From positions 1-21,827 of the forward strand of contig JBOEGF010000037.1 of assembly GCA_050633305.1 (NCBI GenBank): DNA of 21,827 nt. Reading direction: 5' to 3'. Position 1 is the first letter of the stretch; each line of letters opens with the position of its first letter. The position numbers were made by a program, and so were the translations under genes. This DNA comes from Nannocystales bacterium. Its GTDB lineage: Bacteria; Myxococcota_A; Polyangia; Nannocystales; Nannocystaceae. This document shows, in pieces, positions 16,161-21,827 of the stretch. The notes under the pieces were generated by a model. The model was not told the origin of the DNA. It did not search any database and saw only the letters and a program-made list of their open reading frames with translations.

Positions 16161-16194
16161 CAAGCCCCCGCACGACGAGGTCGGCGAGGGCTTG
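16161..16194 (-). terminator. Hairpin terminating prkA, possibly bidirectional
   Basis: Minus-strand RNA CAAGCCCUCGC/GCGGGGGCUUG (11 bp, one G-U pair) plus inner CGAC/GUCG, located between the convergent LysR and prkA stops. Confidence 0.65.
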
Positions 16195-16216
16195 TGAAGC
16201 GAGACGAACGTCGGCG

Positions 16217-18271
<2,055 letters not shown>

Positions 18272-18408
18272 GATGTTCGCCGACGGTACCACGCACAGGC
18301 TTGCGAATTGGACTCGTTGACCGCTTGCGTGTTCCGCGCGATGTCGCGCGCGGCACCTGTTCGTGGGCCGCTTGAATCTCGGCGGGAATCTGTCGTTCTC
18401 TATGTCAG

Positions 18409-19647
18409 ATGTCGACGCCGCAAGGACCGTGGAGCGTTGTTTTGGGAGCAGTGTTTGCGCTTGCCGGATGCAGCAAGGTTGTCGCAGAGCCGATCGCAAA
18501 AGCACCCGCCTTTGAGCCGAACGGGCAAGCGAAATGCTCCGTTGCGGTTAGCCAGGACAAGCCTCTCGTCGTGGAGTGGCCATCGGCCGATCGAGCCCAA
18601 CTCGAAGCGCGGGCCAAGACCCGGGTCGTCGTCATTCGGTACGACGGTTGCGAGCTCGAGATGCTCCCCCGCTGTGAAGCCCCCGGAGCCTATGCATACA
18701 CGTCGGTGGCCCCTAAACAGGACACCGTCCACATTCGGAACCTCGATGAACTCTACGCAGAGGTCCCGGCGGGGGCTGTCAGCCTCGAGGGCAAGCTTGC
18801 GGCGGCGGGCGAGTTGACGATCGACATGATGATGGTCGGACGACTGGACACCGACACACCCGTCGTCACGGCGAACGAGCTTCAAGGCGACTGCGTCGGC
18901 GCGACCCATGTCATGACGGGCATGACCGTGGGGGCGTTCGAGTTCTTTGCGGGCGCGAGCGCTGAGGCGGGTGTTGGTGCACGGGTCGGTCAGGTCGGCG
19001 CCGGGACCCGAGGGGAACACGTCAAAGAAACACTCACCCGCGACGGAACCCTGGAGTCGTGCGTGGAGACCGATGCTCCCCCCAAAGGATGCAGCGCGCC
19101 GCTGCGGATCGAAGTCGCCAGGCTCGGGATACCCCGCAAGCGCGCTGTGGCATCGGCCGAACCCGTGGCGGCAACCTGCCCCGAAGGGAGCCGCTTGCGG
19201 GACGGGAAGTGTGTCGCGACGCAGGTCGTGCACGAGGTGTCGTGCCCGAAGGGCTCGCACTGGGAGGGGTCGGCGTGTGTCGAGAGCGCAGCAACACCGC
19301 CGGGCGGAGGTGCGGTCACCGAGCTTTGGGACGACTTCGACAAGGGTTCCGGCTGGGCTTGTTACCTCGGCACGACAAAGAACGGCCCGCACGGAGAGTG
19401 CATGCGCGACCACATCGATTGTGGTCAGCAACTCGCCAACCGCAAAGTCGCCGGGCGTCTCGAAAGCACGTGGGATCGTTGCGAGCGTCAGGCTGTCGCC
19501 GGGTGTTTCCAGCTTCAGGTCAAAGCCGGTGAGACCCCGCGGAGCTTCTGCTTTCCAAGCCCCGCGATCTGCGAACGCAATCTTCGGAACATCGAGGAGA
19601 ACCGGGAAGACGTCGGGGTGGTCAGTCGCTGCGCGCAGTACCGGTGA
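18409..19647 (+). CDS. Cys-rich hypothetical lipoprotein of myxobacterial type
   Basis: Lipobox LAGC. N-terminal [15 protein letters not shown]...[16 protein letters not shown] domain, two CPxGS..GxCV repeats, and a duplicated four-Cys C-terminal module. Confidence 0.85.
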   Translation: MSTPQGPWSVVLGAVFALAGCSKVVAEPIAKAPAFEPNGQAKCSVAVSQDKPLVVEWPSADRAQLEARAKTRVVVIRYDGCELEMLPRCEAPGAYAYTSVAPKQDTVHIRNLDELYAEVPAGAVSLEGKLAAAGELTIDMMMVGRLDTDTPVVTANELQGDCVGATHVMTGMTVGAFEFFAGASAEAGVGARVGQVGAGTRGEHVKETLTRDGTLESCVETDAPPKGCSAPLRIEVARLGIPRKRAVASAEPVAATCPEGSRLRDGKCVATQVVHEVSCPKGSHWEGSACVESAATPPGGGAVTELWDDFDKGSGWACYLGTTKNGPHGECMRDHIDCGQQLANRKVAGRLESTWDRCERQAVAGCFQLQVKAGETPRSFCFPSPAICERNLRNIEENREDVGVVSRCAQYR

Positions 19648-19995
19648 GGACTGCGAAGCGCCGGAGTGCCGACGAACTCGCGCCCCGGATCGTGTGCTCG
19701 AGGGTTCTCCTCTCGCGTGTGCAACGGATTGCCCACCTCGGCCGAAAACGAAGCAAGCGGTCGTGAAACCGTGTTCGGTCGGTCACCAGGGCCGCCTTTT
19801 GCTCGGACGTGCAGAGGTAGGATGACCTCGCATGAAGTGTGTCCAGCCTCGGTTTTCTGCGAGCTCGATCGCGGGCGGAACCGACCCTTTCGACGACGCG
19901 CGTTGATGAACATGCGCGCGGATCGAACCGCGGGTGACATCGCGGTGGGACGGGACGGACGAGAGCCGCACCCTTGAAGGTGGTACGCTTGGGGA

Positions 19996-20454
19996 GTGAG
20001 ACGCCGCAAGGGAGCAACGATGGGCATCTTCGCGGGACTGGGTGTGCTCGCGCTCGCTGCGATGAGTGTGGGGATGCCGGACGCCTGCGGACTGGGGTCC
20101 GATGCGGTCATCGGGCCCGAAGGGGGCATCGTGCTCTCCGAAGATGGACGCCTGAGCCTCGAGGTCCCCGAAGGAGCCCTCGATGAGCCCACCGAGGTGT
20201 CGATCGTTGCCGTTCCCTGCGAGGCGGAGGGCTTGGCAGACTGCTACGCGGTCGGCCCGTCGGTCGTGCAGTTTTCCCTGCCCGTGACCGTGGTCTACGA
20301 GGCGGCCGAGCTCAGCACGATGGACGGCGTCGCGCTGATCTACAAAGGCTCCTCCGGTTGGATGCGCATGCCGGACGCGCAGGTCGATCACGAAGACGAG
20401 ATTGTCATGGGGACGATCATGGTCGCGTCTTCGATCTCCGTGGATGCGCGCTGA
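19996..20454 (+). CDS. Small exported protein with a ZU5-like beta domain
   Basis: Hydrophobic signal, then VIGPEGGIVLSEDGRLSLEVPEGALDEPTEVSI and VGPSVVQFSLPVTV, typical ZU5-like patterns. Start GTG 19996 or ATG 20020 (AAGGGAG RBS). Confidence 0.8.
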   Translation: MRRRKGATMGIFAGLGVLALAAMSVGMPDACGLGSDAVIGPEGGIVLSEDGRLSLEVPEGALDEPTEVSIVAVPCEAEGLADCYAVGPSVVQFSLPVTVVYEAAELSTMDGVALIYKGSSGWMRMPDAQVDHEDEIVMGTIMVASSISVDAR

Positions 20455-21775
20455 GAAGATCCCAGCGGACACGACGGCCCGCGTTCTGTGGGTCGGCAAG
20501 GACCCGCCACAGGGGGCGTCCCGGCTTGAGCTTGTCCTCGAGCGCGACGTGGAAAAAGCATGCGCGCTCGTCGGTGAGGCGGTGTGGGACGCAGTCGTCG
20601 TCGAAGGCCGGGAGCCTGAGACGGTCGCGGCGGTATTGGGCACGGCGCGCTCCGAGGAGCATGGGTCGCTCCGTATTGCCGCCTCGACGTACGAGCAGCT
20701 CCCCGCGCTCGTGCGCGACGTCGAGGAGGGCGTCATCGAGCGGGTGTTGGCGTGGCCGGTCGACGCTGCCCAGCTCGCGCGGGTCATCTTTGGCGAGGAC
20801 CCGAGCGAGTCGGTGGTCGGAAGACGGGCGCTCAACGCTCCCGCCGAGCTGTCTGAGCGCGCTGTCGATGAACGGCTGCGGCAGGTCGTCACCCGGGTCG
20901 TCGACATTCCGACCGCCGTGATCCGCCCCATCGCCGCGAACGAGCAGGTCCCGACGGTTCAGCTTGTGGTCCCCGCGACCGAGGCCCTGCTCGAGTTGCT
21001 GCGAGACCTGCCGCGATTGCTCGGGTGGCCTGTGAAAGCTGGGGACTCGGCGGCTGGCCGAGCGTATCGGAAACACCCGGTGCGAAAGATCCTCGGCGAG
21101 CTTTCGGAGGCGCAGTCGGTCTACTGCCTCGGCCGTGACAACTTCGCGTACATCGCATGTTTCCCGTGGCAGGGCGGCAGCAAGGTCACCTTGGTGATTG
21201 GCTACCTCGATCCATCGTCGGGGCGGGTGGCGTCCCTCCACCAACATGCGGTCGCACAGGCGATCGAGTTCCCGCTTCCAAGCCGGCACCGGAAGTCCCC
21301 GCTGCTGTTCTACGACCCCGACTACGATTGGGTGATCACCAAGAACTACGCCGGTCCCGATCGCCGTCGAAAGCGGACCTCGTTCCTCAACCGCTATTCG
21401 TTTCGCGGCCGACGCAAGGCGCTCATCCCCAACGAGTTCCGAAGTGCTGGAGCATTCGTCGACAGCGCACCTCGGTGGGCGTGGATCGGTGCCGCGGTGT
21501 TCATGGTGCTTTTCGCCGTGGACACCGGAATGACGGCGCTGTACGTCGGCTCGGGTGGGGTGGCCGAGCTCAACCCCGTCATGCGATGGGGACTACAGCA
21601 GGGGCTCGTCGTGTTCCTGACGTTCAAGACTCTGCTCGCCGTCGGGGTGGTGGTGATCCTGTTGCGATGGCACCTATGGCGACCCGGTCGCTGGATCTTC
21701 GCCGCATGTCTGGCGATTTACCTCGCCATCGACGTCAACTGGGTCCTGCTACAGCTCACCGGAAGGGCGGGTTAG
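20444..21775 (+). CDS. Multidomain membrane protein: degenerate receiver domain, unknown middle domain, Arg-rich YxGPDRRR motif, DUF5658-like TM domain
   Basis: Receiver-like strands RVLWVG, WDAVVVEG, LRIAASTY, VIERVLAWPVDAAQL. WVITKNYAGPDRRRKR. C-terminal VDTGMT...AELNPVM with three TM helices. ATG 20444 overlaps the upstream stop by 11 bp. Confidence 0.8.
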   Translation: MRAEKIPADTTARVLWVGKDPPQGASRLELVLERDVEKACALVGEAVWDAVVVEGREPETVAAVLGTARSEEHGSLRIAASTYEQLPALVRDVEEGVIERVLAWPVDAAQLARVIFGEDPSESVVGRRALNAPAELSERAVDERLRQVVTRVVDIPTAVIRPIAANEQVPTVQLVVPATEALLELLRDLPRLLGWPVKAGDSAAGRAYRKHPVRKILGELSEAQSVYCLGRDNFAYIACFPWQGGSKVTLVIGYLDPSSGRVASLHQHAVAQAIEFPLPSRHRKSPLLFYDPDYDWVITKNYAGPDRRRKRTSFLNRYSFRGRRKALIPNEFRSAGAFVDSAPRWAWIGAAVFMVLFAVDTGMTALYVGSGGVAELNPVMRWGLQQGLVVFLTFKTLLAVGVVVILLRWHLWRPGRWIFAACLAIYLAIDVNWVLLQLTGRAG

Positions 21776-21777
21776 AA

Positions 21778-21799
21778 GCCGTCTCTGTGCTGGGACGGC
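21778..21799 (+). terminator. Hairpin after the stop codon
   Basis: GCCGTCTC-tgtgct-GGGACGGC, 2 nt after the TAG at 21775; no U tract. Confidence 0.4.
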
Positions 21800-21807
21800 C
21801 GCGAAGC

Positions 21808-21827
21808 CTAGGGGGTGTCCTCAATTC
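21808..21827. mobile_element. Possible terminal inverted repeat of an IS5-family element or MITE, truncated by the window end
   Basis: CTAG followed by GGGGTGTCCTCAATTC, resembling (from memory) TAG-GGCGTGTCCTCAAT-type IS5/MITE ends with TA/CTAG targets. Only 20 bp are visible. Confidence 0.35.

Noticed and set aside
18272..18505. N-terminal extension of PrkA in the ORF track
   Set aside because: Overlaps the divergent lipoprotein start and has no family similarity; homology begins near ATG 18271.
19648..19980. 330-bp gap with short ORFs on both strands
   Set aside because: ORFs lack an RBS, typical composition or motifs; no convincing RNA structure or sigma54 -24/-12 site.

Overview
High-GC bacterial DNA, very probably from a myxobacterium (Myxococcota, Nannocystaceae-like). 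The assignment rests on a MYXO-CTERM sorting signal, a Myxococcus-type cysteine-rich repeat and many acidic, Ser/Thr-linker lipoproteins. The window holds about 18 CDS: a partial aldehyde dehydrogenase plus a GMC oxidoreductase; two glucose/sorbosone dehydrogenase (GSDH, PQQ-type propeller) lipoproteins, one fused to a di-heme c domain; an Ig-VWA (integrin beta I-like) lipoprotein; a GIDE-domain membrane protein; a MYXO-CTERM surface protein; a pirin/FMN reductase/LysR module interrupted by a hemopexin-like lipoprotein; a stand-alone PrkA/YeaG kinase; and a two-gene unit encoding a secreted ZU5-like protein and a pseudo-receiver protein with a YxGPDRRR motif and a DUF5658-like membrane domain. 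That last unit is the best candidate for an undescribed system (a putative membrane-anchored c-di-GMP effector). Non-coding signals include a probable LysR operator with a sigma70-type promoter, a ~110-bp MITE-like hairpin, a possible IS/MITE end at the window edge, several terminators, and TAnnnT boxes 5-11 nt before many start codons, suggesting leaderless or very short-leader mRNAs. No rRNA, tRNA or CRISPR array was seen. Family assignments come from motif recognition by eye, not from database searches.
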